64,000 nt of DNA from Eledone cirrhosa (Eukaryota), in assembly GCA_964016885.1 (NCBI GenBank), contig OZ024742.1:152706001-152770000 (forward strand), in the 5' to 3' direction. Each line of letters opens with the position of its first letter. Position 1 is the first letter of the stretch. The position numbers and the translations under genes were made by a program. Of the stretch, positions 1-11,093 are shown piece after piece. A model generated the notes under the pieces. The model saw nothing but the letters and a program-made list of their open reading frames with translations. It was not told the origin of the DNA and searched no databases.

Positions 1-137
1 TAATTTATAATAAATTGAATTGAAAGCAACTGGTGCGTGTGTTTCTTATTGGCAGCATGACCCTCCCAAAGTATAACAATATCGGTTTCACCACACGTTT
101 TCAGATAGAAAATCTTGCTAACAAATTCAGAAACGAA
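1..137 (+). repeat. Dispersed ~140-200 bp repeat (PLE-tail-like family; related copies at ~16380-16820, 17515-17700, 20640-20760)
   Basis: Shared sequence ATGACCCTCCCAAAGTATAACAAT...CACACG; abuts (TA)n tracts. Confidence 0.6.
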
Positions 138-223
<86 letters not shown>

Positions 224-403
224 AATACTATTTATAGTTATGTATATTATATAAACAACTATAAACAGGAGGTCAATAATTTCTTATTGCCGTATTAGCA
301 GTAAGAGAACTAGCTCAATGTATGACAATCAGTTGTTTTACAGAGCAGGAAAATAAACCAGAATTCTTCACAACATAGGAACCGGCAAGCTAACACCCAG
401 AAT

Positions 404-829
404 AAATGTAACTGTAGAACTAATAGAACTTGCCCCTTAGGTAATAATTGCTTAACCAAAGACATCATCTACTCATGCACCGTCAACGTAAACAACTCTT
501 CTAAAACATATATAGGTTCTACTTCGACCAACTTCAAGATGAGATACAACTCGCACCTCAACTCTTTCAAAAAACACAATCTAGCCAGCTCCACTTCCTT
601 ATCTAGCTACGTAGACTCTCTGAAAACTAGGAATATACCTTTTACACTGCAATGGGAAGTATTAGGTAGGGCCTCATCGTATAAACTACCGAATAAATTG
701 TGTAATCTCTGCCTTCTGGAGACACATACTATAATCTTTTCGAAATTAGACATCCTTAATAGAAAGTCAGAGACATTTTCTAAATTACACAACAAAATAA
801 TAATAAACTATATATACATTTATAATTAA
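404..829 (+). pseudogene. PLE GIY-YIG endonuclease fragment
   Basis: CxC..CP...C linker, IY/YIG motifs and CxLC motif; homologous to the C-terminus of the 56666..57967 ORF. Confidence 0.8.
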
Positions 830-1820
830 ATATAAAATGTAATAGCATTGTATATTAGGGATTAACTTTCAAAACAATAATGTATATTATTACACATATG
901 GCATATCTATTATGACATATTAACAGCTATATAATCCTTCATAACATATACCTTGTCCAGTAATGAATAGATAACAGTCTAAAGAGAACTTTAATGTATG
1001 ATATTAAAATACACTGTATTTAAAATCAGGTATAAATATACAGCGTTATGTAACAATGATCCAATGGTATCACATTATAATGTGTATTAGAACAAAGAAT
1101 GTTAATAACTGAATTGAACTTAATTAGCTAGTTACCTCCCCTTACGCATTAGCTCCACGTATGCACTTCCGGAAATTAACGATTGGAAAATTTAACGGTT
1201 GATCAAATATAGTCTATGAATATGATTTCATTAAGACTAATTTACAATCCATTGCTCTAATTATCTTAAAACATTCCATATAAACATTAACTAAAATTTA
1301 ATTCAACATATGTAAAGGAAAAGTCTGCAAAAACTGTATGTTTCTCAACACACATAAATTCGAACACTATCAGCATTCAGCAACCACCATAGATTCTAAT
1401 ACATTAACATATGTGCTTAAAGTGCATTATTTATTCATATGCATAATAGCTTTGCTTGTCTCCTTCTCATAATATGACTAACGCAGTTGCACTCTCCACA
1501 CGCCTGCCTATGAATTGTTAATGTACTCTTTCTTTCTCAAAACTTCTTTCTCAATGCCTCTTTAATGATTGGACTATTCTCTTGTTTTATCTGTTCCATG
1601 AAATCCACTCCGTGCTTTTGATTTTAATTTAATTTGAATTTGAATTTAAACTTGAATGTTTGTACAATTATTGTACAATTCTCGTAAAATATATGTCACA
1701 TCCATTCCACCCAGTAAATACGAAACTTTTGCTCACAACATCAATTTATATGTATCTATATTATTGTTCAGTTGAATAGGAGGTTAATTGAATAGGAGGT
1801 TAATAATGTGCAAACATTGA

Positions 1821-1874
1821 TAATGCTCCGATGATTCCAAACGAGGTTTTGGAAGATACGATTGTCAGCTATTA
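1821..1874 (+). ncRNA. Degenerate type I hammerhead ribozyme
   Basis: taatgct-CCGATGA-ttccaaa/tttggaa-GATA-cgattg-TC-agctatta; two substitutions in the core. Confidence 0.55.
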
Positions 1875-1906
1875 AATGATTTGAACACAACTTTGATAAT
1901 TGTATA

Positions 1907-1976
<70 letters not shown>

Positions 1977-1978
<2 letters not shown>

Positions 1979-4440
1979 GGGAACAAATTATGAATTCGAA
2001 AATGCAACTGGAGTTTTTTTATGAATATTTATTTGGTTCCTTTACCAGTTTCACAGTTCTTATGCTTTTCAAAAGTAGAATTGAGATGGAGCGTCTGTGG
2101 TTTTTCTCGCATCTGGTTAGTGTTAGAATGTTACTACTGTTTTATGTAGAAAAAAGTGGCTCGAAATGCTAGGTTTTTTTAGAAAAGTAATTTGGTTGGT
2201 TGAGAAATGTCACGTGAATAAGTATAATACATTTCGCGCCAGTTCGCGTTACAAAGTTCTTATTATATTTGCCTTTAAACAATGGGGGAGGGGCTCAAAT
2301 TGTTTTTTTCAGATATGCGTGAAATTTGGTTGGTTGATGCAGTCACGTGAATAAGCACATCAACTTTCGCGCCAGTTTGTGTTGAGGGTTCTTTTCACTT
2401 GATTGGTTATGACCGTCACGTGAATAAGTACATTAAATTTCGTACACGTATTTGGGAATTCTTTGTAGCCATTTACAGAATTTTGTGCCATACAAAATAT
2501 ATTGGTCAAGAAAAAAGGGATGGGGAGAATTGTTCTGGTTCAGTGAGTATGGCTGATGTGCTGAGGTGTCAAAATTCAGACTTTCTATTGAAATAAAGAA
2601 AGTAGAGATGTATATTTTAATTTGTGTGCTGATGTATGTTTGTGTGTGTGTGTGTGTGTAGGAAAATGATTCTATTAGTAGAAATGGGGGAGGGGGTTAC
2701 GTGTGGGTGTGTATGGGTGTTATATGTGTGTATATGTGTGTGTGGGAGTATGGTTAACATGTTAAGATGGAGAGAATATATATTTGTGTGTGCGTGTGTA
2801 GGAAAATTATTAAGTTAGTAGAAATAGGGGAGGGATTTATGTGTATGCGGGGTATGGTTAGCATGTTAAGGTGTTAGAGTATTAACGTATGTTAACGTTT
2901 ATTTAGCTCTGGTTTTATTTTCGAATATAGAAGGTGTTATGTGTGTGTATGTATGTATGCATGTATGTATGTGTCTGTTTGGGTGGTTAGCATGTTATGG
3001 TGTTGACATAAGGTATATTAAACTATATTTAATGCTGGTCTATATTTTTGAATAAACATATTTTCCTTATTTATTCGTATTTGTTTTGTTGTATTGTCAG
3101 CGCAAAGATACATTGGGAAGACTTGGAATTTGGGTGATGTATTACTTGCGCATATATTTAGATGTGCATTGAGTGGTATCTGTCTTGTAGTAGGGTCTCG
3201 TAATTGTTGGCGATGAATTGTCATTCTGTTTCTGAGTGTGAGTTTAGTTTGCTCTATATAATCTTCATTGCCTCCTTTACATTTAATGGCAATTTTTTGA
3301 TGCACAAGTGAAGTGATTTTTTTACCACAAAATGTTGTCCTGATTGTATACATGGTGCCTTCAATGAGGTGAGTGTAGGTTCCACAATTAGAGCGAGCAC
3401 ATATTTTGACAGTTGGTTGTGGGTTTGTGGTAGGTAACTTGGCATTGGTGAGTAGTGTTTTTAGTGATTTCGGTTGTCTTTTGCATTTGATTATTTTATG
3501 TTTCATTCTGGGGTCTTGTTTCAATAGTGGAATGTTCTTGTGAATAATGATGTATGCTTCCGCATTTCTTGGGTTGTGTGTTGAGATATTTGATAGAATA
3601 TTGACTGTACCTTGAATTTGTTTCTGCTTTCGTAATTCATCAATGCCTATCCCTTATTTATTAGTAATGGTGTCTATTGTCTTTCGAGCAGAATTTCCTT
3701 TAATTCTTGAAGTCTTTTATTTCGCGTTTCAAAATTGGTGACAATTTTTTCAAATTCTTCTTGCTAGGGTAAAAGGGATATTCGTCTTCGCGTGCTTTGG
3801 ATGTTCGTCTTCGCGTGCTTTGGAGGTGAATAGCAGGTATTGTTTGGAATCTGTTGGTTTGTAGTGTATTTCAGTTTCAATATTTGTGTCTTTTTTTATG
3901 ATTAAGATGTCCAGAAATGGGAGTTGATCTTGGCTGTATTCCATTGTGAATTGGATGTGGTTATTGATGCCGTTAATTAAATTTTTGAAACCATTTAGTT
4001 GGTCCAGTGTGTGAGACCAAAGAATGAGACAATCATCCAAGTAGCATTTCCAATTCTCTGATAAATATTTCTGGAAGTTCAATCCGTATGTTGATTTCGA
4101 GTGTTCATATATCTGGACTTCCAATTATGCCATGACTAAGTTAGCATAAGTTGGAGCGACTTTTGTACCCATCGCAGTCCCCGATATTTGTTTGTAAGTA
4201 CTGCCATCGAAATCAAAAAAGTTCTTCTGTAAAATAAATTTTAATCCCTCCGTGATGAAGCTTTTTCCTATTCTGTCAGGTATCTCATTGGGTCATTGGG
4301 ATATTTCTCTAGCCAGAATCCTACTGCTTCTAGTCCGTATTGGCGTGGAATCGTTGTGTAGAGATTCACGACATCGAAATACAGGATAATAGTGTCGTTG
4401 TTGACATGTTTGGGGAGGTGGTTTAAGAGGTCATACGCAA
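1977..4440 (-). mobile_element. Penelope-like element, 5'-truncated and decayed (RT + GIY-YIG + 3' UTR)
   Basis: ORF pieces YFDVVNLYTTIP, GTAMGTKVAPTYANL, CYLDD, FTME..LPFLDI, YKPTDSKQYL, DYIEQT..LRNRM..H. Confidence 0.9.
3018..4430 (-). pseudogene. PLE reverse transcriptase/GIY-YIG pseudogene
   Basis: Frameshifted ORFs 4268..4450, 3750..4124 and 3018..3524 with PLE RT and endonuclease motifs. Confidence 0.88.
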
Positions 4441-4750
4441 ACTTATACATCTATCAATCTATATTTGTACATATGTGTATATTTATACACACACACACAC
4501 ACAAGTATATACACAGACACACACACATGTATATATATATATATATATGTAGGAGGTGAGTTTTATTGTAGTGTCGTTGTTGACATGTTTGGGGAGGTGG
4601 TTTAAGAGGTCATACGCAAACTTATACATCTATCTATCTATATTTGTACATATGTGTATATTTATACACACACACACACAAGTATATACACAGACACACA
4701 CACATGTATATATATATATATATATATGTAGGAGGTGAGTTTTATTGTAG
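4391..4750. repeat. Tandem duplication, period ~179 bp
   Basis: agtgtcgttgttgacatg...ggtgagttttattgtag occurs at 4391 and 4570. Confidence 0.85.
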
Positions 4751-4853
4751 TATAATGAAGCAATGCAGATATCGGATAAGAAGCACTCTACAGTTTGTAG
4801 GACTGGAGTATACATAATATATAAGAACAAAAGATCGTTAAAAGAGTTCCATG

Positions 4854-4924
4854 TATTTTATTATGCGCATTTCAAAAACAAATATCATCGTGCAATAATA
4901 GTTGTGTTTTCATCAGATAAAATA
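4854..4924 (-). ncRNA. Type I hammerhead ribozyme, family A
   Basis: Reverse complement of the 5043..5113 motif. Confidence 0.8.
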
Positions 4925-5042
4925 GGAAGACATGATATGAAGGTTAAAAAACACTTGTGGATAGTGCAGTTTTAAATCAACATATGTTGAATTAAAACTG
5001 CACTATCCACAGGTGTTTTTTAACCTTCATATCATGTCTTCC

Positions 5043-5113
5043 TATTTTATCTGATGAAAACACAAATATTATTGCATGATGATATTTGTTTTTGAAATGC
5101 GCATAATAAAATA
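5043..5113 (+). ncRNA. Type I hammerhead ribozyme, family A
   Basis: tattttat-CTGATGA-long stem II (acaaatattatt/gatgatatttgt)-GAAA-tgcgca-TA-ataaaata. Confidence 0.88.
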
Positions 5114-5171
5114 CATGGAACTCTTTTAACCATCTTTTGTTCTTATATATATATATATATATATATATATA

Positions 5172-5353
5172 ACGAAGGAACCAGGTGGACCATAACGCAC
5201 CAGAGTACCCGATACTTGGGTAGTAGAGTGGGCAATAGGGAAAGCGTTAGGACTCCGACGGCTGAGCTCTGGCCATTTCGACAGCTAGTTCAGCTAGATC
5301 TAGCTGTCGAAAGGGGCAAAGCTTAGCCGTCCGGGTGGTCCTAACTCTTTTCC
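5172..5353. repeat. Dispersed repeat ending in a hairpin (family also at 6561, 14530 and 19290)
   Basis: gacggctgagctc...tttcgacagctag / ctagctgtcgaaa...ttagccgtc inverted repeat. Confidence 0.7.
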
Positions 5354-5361
5354 TATATATA

Positions 5362-5816
5362 TATATAAAATCAAGGTTTAGCAAACAGAGAAAGTTTTTT
5401 AAAATAAATTTTATTTGGTTCGCTGTACTACTATATGTACCTTTACCGTGCGGTTTCAAATCCCAAAATGGATAATCCACGCGGGTTTACATTGAGAAGG
5501 GGACCTTCGTCAGAAGGTTCTTCTCACTCGGAGAATATAAAATTCCCGAGTTCAAATCACAAACTAGCGCCATACAAAACTCTTACCGGATGAGATTGAA
5601 TGAGCAAAGAAACCATTTTGTCTAGTACTGTGTGTAAAGACAGAAGGCAAGGGCGGACATGTCAATGTCCTGCCACTCTCAATGGAAATCCGCCTGGATT
5701 CTCCATTCATTTTGGGATTTGAAACCGCGCGGTAAAGGTACATATAGTAAGTACAGCGAAGTTTTTAAAATTTATTTTAAAACTTTTTCTCTATTTGCTA
5801 AACCTTGATTTTATAT
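5362..5816. mobile_element. Foldback element with ~135 bp terminal inverted arms
   Basis: ataaaatcaaggtttagcaaa...cattgaga is inverted with tctcaatg...tttgctaaaccttgattttat. Confidence 0.75.
5439..5518 (-). ncRNA. Type I hammerhead ribozyme, family B
   Basis: Minus strand: acctt-CTGACGA-aggtccc...gggattt-GAAA-ccgcacgg-TA-aaggt. Confidence 0.8.
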
Positions 5817-5928
5817 GTTCTGGCCCGTTAATTTATTAAACTGCCATAGAACCACTTGGCATACGTTTGGATAATACTTGTATCCCTATATGTATATTTT
5901 ACACGTAGGAATACATATTTTATTATAT

Positions 5929-5973
<45 letters not shown>

Positions 5974-6083
5974 CGTGTGGGTGTATATATATATATATAT
6001 ATGTATGTATGTACGTATATATATATATATGTGTATGTATGTACGTATATGTATAAATATACATATATATATAACTATATATA

Positions 6084-6112
<29 letters not shown>

Positions 6113-6114
<2 letters not shown>

Positions 6115-6528
6115 GTAGGAGGTGAGTTTTATTGTAGTACAATAAAGCAATGCAGATATCGGATAAGAAGCACTCTACAGTTTGTGGGACTGGAGTGTGC
6201 ATAATATAAGATCAAAAGATGGTTAAAGGAGTTCCATATATTTTATTATGCGCATTTCAAAAACAAACATCATCATGCAATAATATTTGTGTTTTCATCA
6301 GATAAAATAGGAGAACATGATATGAAGGCTAAAAAACACTTGTGGATAGTGCAGTTTTAAATCAACATATGTTGATTTAAAACTGCACTATCCACAAGTG
6401 TTGTTTAGCCTTCATATCATGTTCTCCTATTTTATCTGATGAAAACACAAATATTATTGCATGATGATGTTTGTTTTTGAAATGCGCATAATAAAATATA
6501 TGGAACTCCTTTAACCATCTTTTGATCT

Positions 6529-6535
<7 letters not shown>
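6113..6535. mobile_element. Second family-A foldback pLTR with hammerheads at 6239..6309 (-) and 6428..6498 (+)
   Basis: Inverted about atcaaCATATGttgat (~6367-6372); both arms carry CTGATGA...GAAATGCGCATA. Confidence 0.85.
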
Positions 6536-6561
<26 letters not shown>

Positions 6562-6621
6562 AGTAGTCCAGAAATAGCCGTCGAAACGGCTTGAGCTCTG
6601 CCGTCGAGGTCAAACATTTTC

Positions 6622-6698
<77 letters not shown>

Positions 6699-7882
6699 TA
6701 GATAGATTCTTCTATATAAGCATAGAATTCATCTTATGATTGAATTTCTTTTATTTTCCAATTTAGTAGAAAATATTCGAAATGCTAAACATATATGATA
6801 ACTGCTGTCAAATATAATTGATTATCTTTTGTCATTAAAATTATAATTTTTTTTTTTCTTTCATCTGAAAGTTCAAATTCGTACTTTTATTTTCCATGTA
6901 ATTAAGATCGAGAAATATTTCAATTTCTAATGACGATGTTGCGAATGATGAATTATGAAGAAAAAATACAAGCGTTATGAAGGGTTATATTCAGTGAAAT
7001 AAAACAAAATGTTTAAAACCAGCAGAAAATTAATGACTAGTGAATAAAATATTTCATGGAAGTTTAGTGCCAAACAAGTTCCGATTATTTCATTTCTTAA
7101 TTAAAAATATGAACGGAATTCAAATGCTATATCCGAGAGAACAATCCTGTACGCCTAACTGCGTAACTATGTAGACATTCAAAAATATTAGGCTGGCAAA
7201 GTAGAGATTATTAAATTATTTCTTCACGAAAGGGAGTTCAGCGAAAGTGTAGGTGTTGGGGTTAACTGCACTTATTATGTAAACATATGACGTTAATTTG
7301 TTCATGTTTGTATATTTATTTCAGATAGCAGTACGTTAACACAGAGCAATCTAACAGGCAATAAGATAAACAGTTGTTCACAAGTTTGAAAGAACAAGCA
7401 ATCGATTAAAACTTATATAGAAATATTGGGTGTTCAATTGCGTGTCATATTGTGTCGCTGTATTCACCTTCCCCTCTAGTGAATTGAAATATTAATAATT
7501 AAATGAACTGCAGCATTATATCAATGATATTTTTATTTAAATATTTTCATTTTATGAATAGTTAATGTCTTACGCTAGATACAGAATGTCGTGTTAAATT
7601 GCACAAAGTGGGTGAATATTGCCAGTACGTATAAATTAGAAGTCAGGTTAAGCAAGTGGTTTTATATCGATATTCACATTCAGACGGCGGCATCGCTGTG
7701 AATTGGTAAATATTATTCGAAGAGTTTATAACTTCCAGGCATGTCAACGCAATATGACAAAATAAACTTATTTCATACGAGTGAAATTACTTCAAGAATT
7801 TATATATAAATTTCTTCAATTGTTTATATAATACCAACGTCAATTATTTGTCAGTATCTTGCCATAAGTTACCTGATTAGGG

Positions 7883-7952
<70 letters not shown>

Positions 7953-9989
7953 CATATATATATATATATATATATATACTTTTCTTAATTTATTTTATAA
8001 GATAACGCGATATTCTCTGCCGATACTTTCAATTAAAAATTCTGAATGAGTTTGCCTTTAATTAACCGAATTTGAGAATATATGTATAATAATATTGATT
8101 ATCGATTCATTATATTGCACCTACATTATCCCAAAAGTTGAGAAAGAAATATCCAGTATTATATTATATTCTCTTGAGATGTAAAGTCCAAAGTTACCCC
8201 CATTAAATGCAAAGTTAATTAGATGTACCCTTGTCTTTCATTCATTTTTATTTAATGATATTCTAATTAAGATAGATGTCTGTCTTAAATAGAGTTTCAT
8301 GTTCTTGAAATTAAGAAAGAAGTTGATGCTGGAAAGATCATAACTCAATACGACAAATCCTTATATCTCTGTCTCTATCAATTTTGTCAAATTGATCTCA
8401 GTCGAATAACGCTCGTATATCATTAATTCGTTTTTTTTTTATGTTGGCCCTCCATCGGTTCCAACGACTAGTGTTCCAGTTGATGCTATCAACAGAACAG
8501 CATTCTTGAGAAATTATCAAGCAAGAGATTGAGGATTACATGGAGATTTATACCCTTAACCTAATTCTCAAGGTAATTCCGTATGACACACAAGGCTAGC
8601 CCTTTGAATTAAATGTACAAATCATTTTTGTCAGCTGAATGCACTGAAATAAGATAAAGTTAAAGGTCTTGTTCAGTAAAAAATGTTGGAGAAGAGCGTA
8701 GACGATAAATCAGTACAGTACATCACTGGTATTTCAGTTACCTTGATCCTGCTAGAATGGAATTCAAATGGTCACTCGATGGGATTTGAAATAACAGCAT
8801 GAAAAACACCAACAAATTCATCACAATTTTCTACTGTATGGTTTATCATTTTCATACGATCAACGACTGTAATTAATAACTATCTAATTATAAGGTTAGG
8901 TATAATTTACAAATAATTATTTCGACATATACATGGGTTGCTAAATGTGTGAGAAGGTGATAGACGATTGTATCGACTCAGTACTAGCTTTGTACTTTAG
9001 ATGTTTGAGCCTGCAAGAGTAACCTCGATAATGATAATAAGCAGTAACAAATACAGCAAGATATTTTGACCGATATTTTAGCATTTCATTTAGATCCACC
9101 ACCAGTTTTGTATATACAAAATATATATACAAAATAAAAACATAGATTTACCTGTTTTAAATTCATGTTTATATGTTTAAAGGTGTCAACGTTGTATGTT
9201 CATTACAGAGTTAAACAAGTATGAATGAAAATATATAAATGGTTATTGACTAAAGTCGCAAATTACATAACAATAAACCATTATATAATTATGCAAGACA
9301 TTGGCCAGATAGAATTATGCAAAGGATCATTTCACCATAAAATAGTAAATTATGATATCGTTATCTCTCTCATATAAATGCACAGCAAACGAAATAGAAG
9401 ATAATTTTAACCTAGAGTTGCTTTTTGAGAAAGAGGTTTTATACGCCTGAAGAAGTGCAACGAGCTGTCTACATATAAATATTGACTAAATGCTTGAAAA
9501 ATTGAAATAACCTCTTGAATAAATGAGAATACGCTTCTTGACAATTTAATTTGAATTTAATATCAAATTTTCGTGTCACAATTATTATGAAATTTCCATT
9601 TAACAATCCATTGTGGTTTTATAAATAGATATATTGCTAGATAGAGTATTGCAGATAATGCACCCTGTTATAATCTCCTATGAACGCAGGTTATTATAAT
9701 ATTCAAAGCAGGGAGTATCACAATGTCACCAATAACTTAGATACCTTTACTTTGCTATCAGTTTTGAATATCGTAATATGTCAAAATCAAATTTTAATTG
9801 GATTGACTAGACGTTGCGCATCTCATGCTATTCTCAGTTGGGTGAAGATCATAAATAATTGTTCTTATTCTTTCGATTTATTTGAATATCCAGTATATCT
9901 GCTATTGATATATCGTCTCAATATTAAAGTCTACATGTAATTATTTGATAATTTGGTATGAAAATAAGGGAAATCTTAAACAATGGTTG

Positions 9990-10310
9990 ACACTGACGGC
10001 ATGATTGAATGGTTAATGGTTCACCTCGCATCCGCTATGTTCCGGGTTTCAACCCATTTATCACAGTCTTGAGTCAAGCCATGCTTTTGTAGGAAATTTA
10101 TGAAATGGAAACTTTCGAATGCTAGTTAAATTGCCTCTCTGCAATTGAAAGGGCAAGCCCTATCACAAACTGTGTTGCGTTGAATCTCCATGACAGTCAT
10201 GTTAAGGATACGCATAAATGTACAATGCTCCACCACGTATAAGTTAATATCAAAACAGTTGTTTCATTGAACGAACAGCTGAGACACTCTTCGGAACCGT
10301 CGGATTTCCA
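9990..10310 (+). mobile_element. Decayed tRNA-derived SINE
   Basis: A-box-like ggcatgattgaatggtta and B-box-like ggtttcaaccc, followed by a repeat-like body. Confidence 0.4.
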
Positions 10311-11048
10311 TTCCACTAGCGGCAATGAAACCAAACTTTGCATAAGTGTCACAATGTGTAACAGACCAAATCATTTTGTCTTCCTCGTTATTATTGCATA
10401 TCTACAAATCCTTTAATTTGTTTTTACTGATAACATGGCGCAGGGCCATGTGTAATGGCAGCAATAGCGTTGATGATATCAAATTTTTATAATCGCAATT
10501 TTACCATATATACCAGGATTATCAGACAAATGCACATTCATACATATTATCGCTTTCATTAATTAATCATTAACAAATTCCTTACATTGTATGCTTGGAA
10601 GTGATTAATGGAAATAATAATATTTTAAAAAATTATTTCTTCGATAAAATTCCATAGATGTTCAGTAGATATGAGCAAAGGGCATACATGATTGATTATT
10701 TGAGGACATTCGGGGAAATAACTATTTACATGGATAAATGTAAGGTTAGAATCCAGTAATTAGCGATTGCGAAGTAAACATCCTATTGTAATGGTGTTGA
10801 TGGAGATAGGAAAATGCATTCTGTTGATGTGTGCCGATGATTGTTCGTGTATATTTTAAACCGATATAGACGGGTATATATATATATATATTTATTTATT
10901 TATTTACGTATAGCAAGGAGCATATGTGCATATACACACATGCACCGTGATGTATTATGACAGTATTGTATTAGCTCAATGTACAAGAACAAACCCGTCA
11001 TATGTAAAAGAAACCAAAGAACGCTTACATACTCAAACAGTTTTATTT

Positions 11049-11093
11049 GCTTACAATGTTTCATCCATACCGTTTGGTAGGAATCCTTAGAGG
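11049..11093 (-). ncRNA. Degenerate hammerhead ribozyme
   Basis: Minus strand: cct-CTAAGGA-ttcctacc/ggtatggat-GAAA-cattg-TA-agc, followed by AATAAA. Confidence 0.4.

Larger units (their letters stand above)
330..1900 (+). mobile_element. 5'-truncated Penelope-like element (GIY-YIG end plus 3' region)
   Basis: Translation CNCRTNRTCPLGNNCLTKDIIYSC...KTYIGSTSTNFKMRYNSH...CNLCLLE; degenerate hammerhead near the 3' end; ends at a (TA)n tract. Confidence 0.8.
4725..5146. mobile_element. Foldback (inverted) PLE pLTR fragment, family A, with two hammerheads
   Basis: Arms ~4818-4980 and ~4987-5146 are inverted about CATATG at ~4981-4986; same sequence as the 3' ends of the PLEs at 38965 and 58885. 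Confidence 0.85.

Noticed and set aside
2040-2075. Hammerhead at the 3' end of the 1977-4440 PLE (ctt-TTGAAAA...GAAActggTAaag)
   Set aside because: Two core mismatches and only 3-bp stems; too degenerate to support
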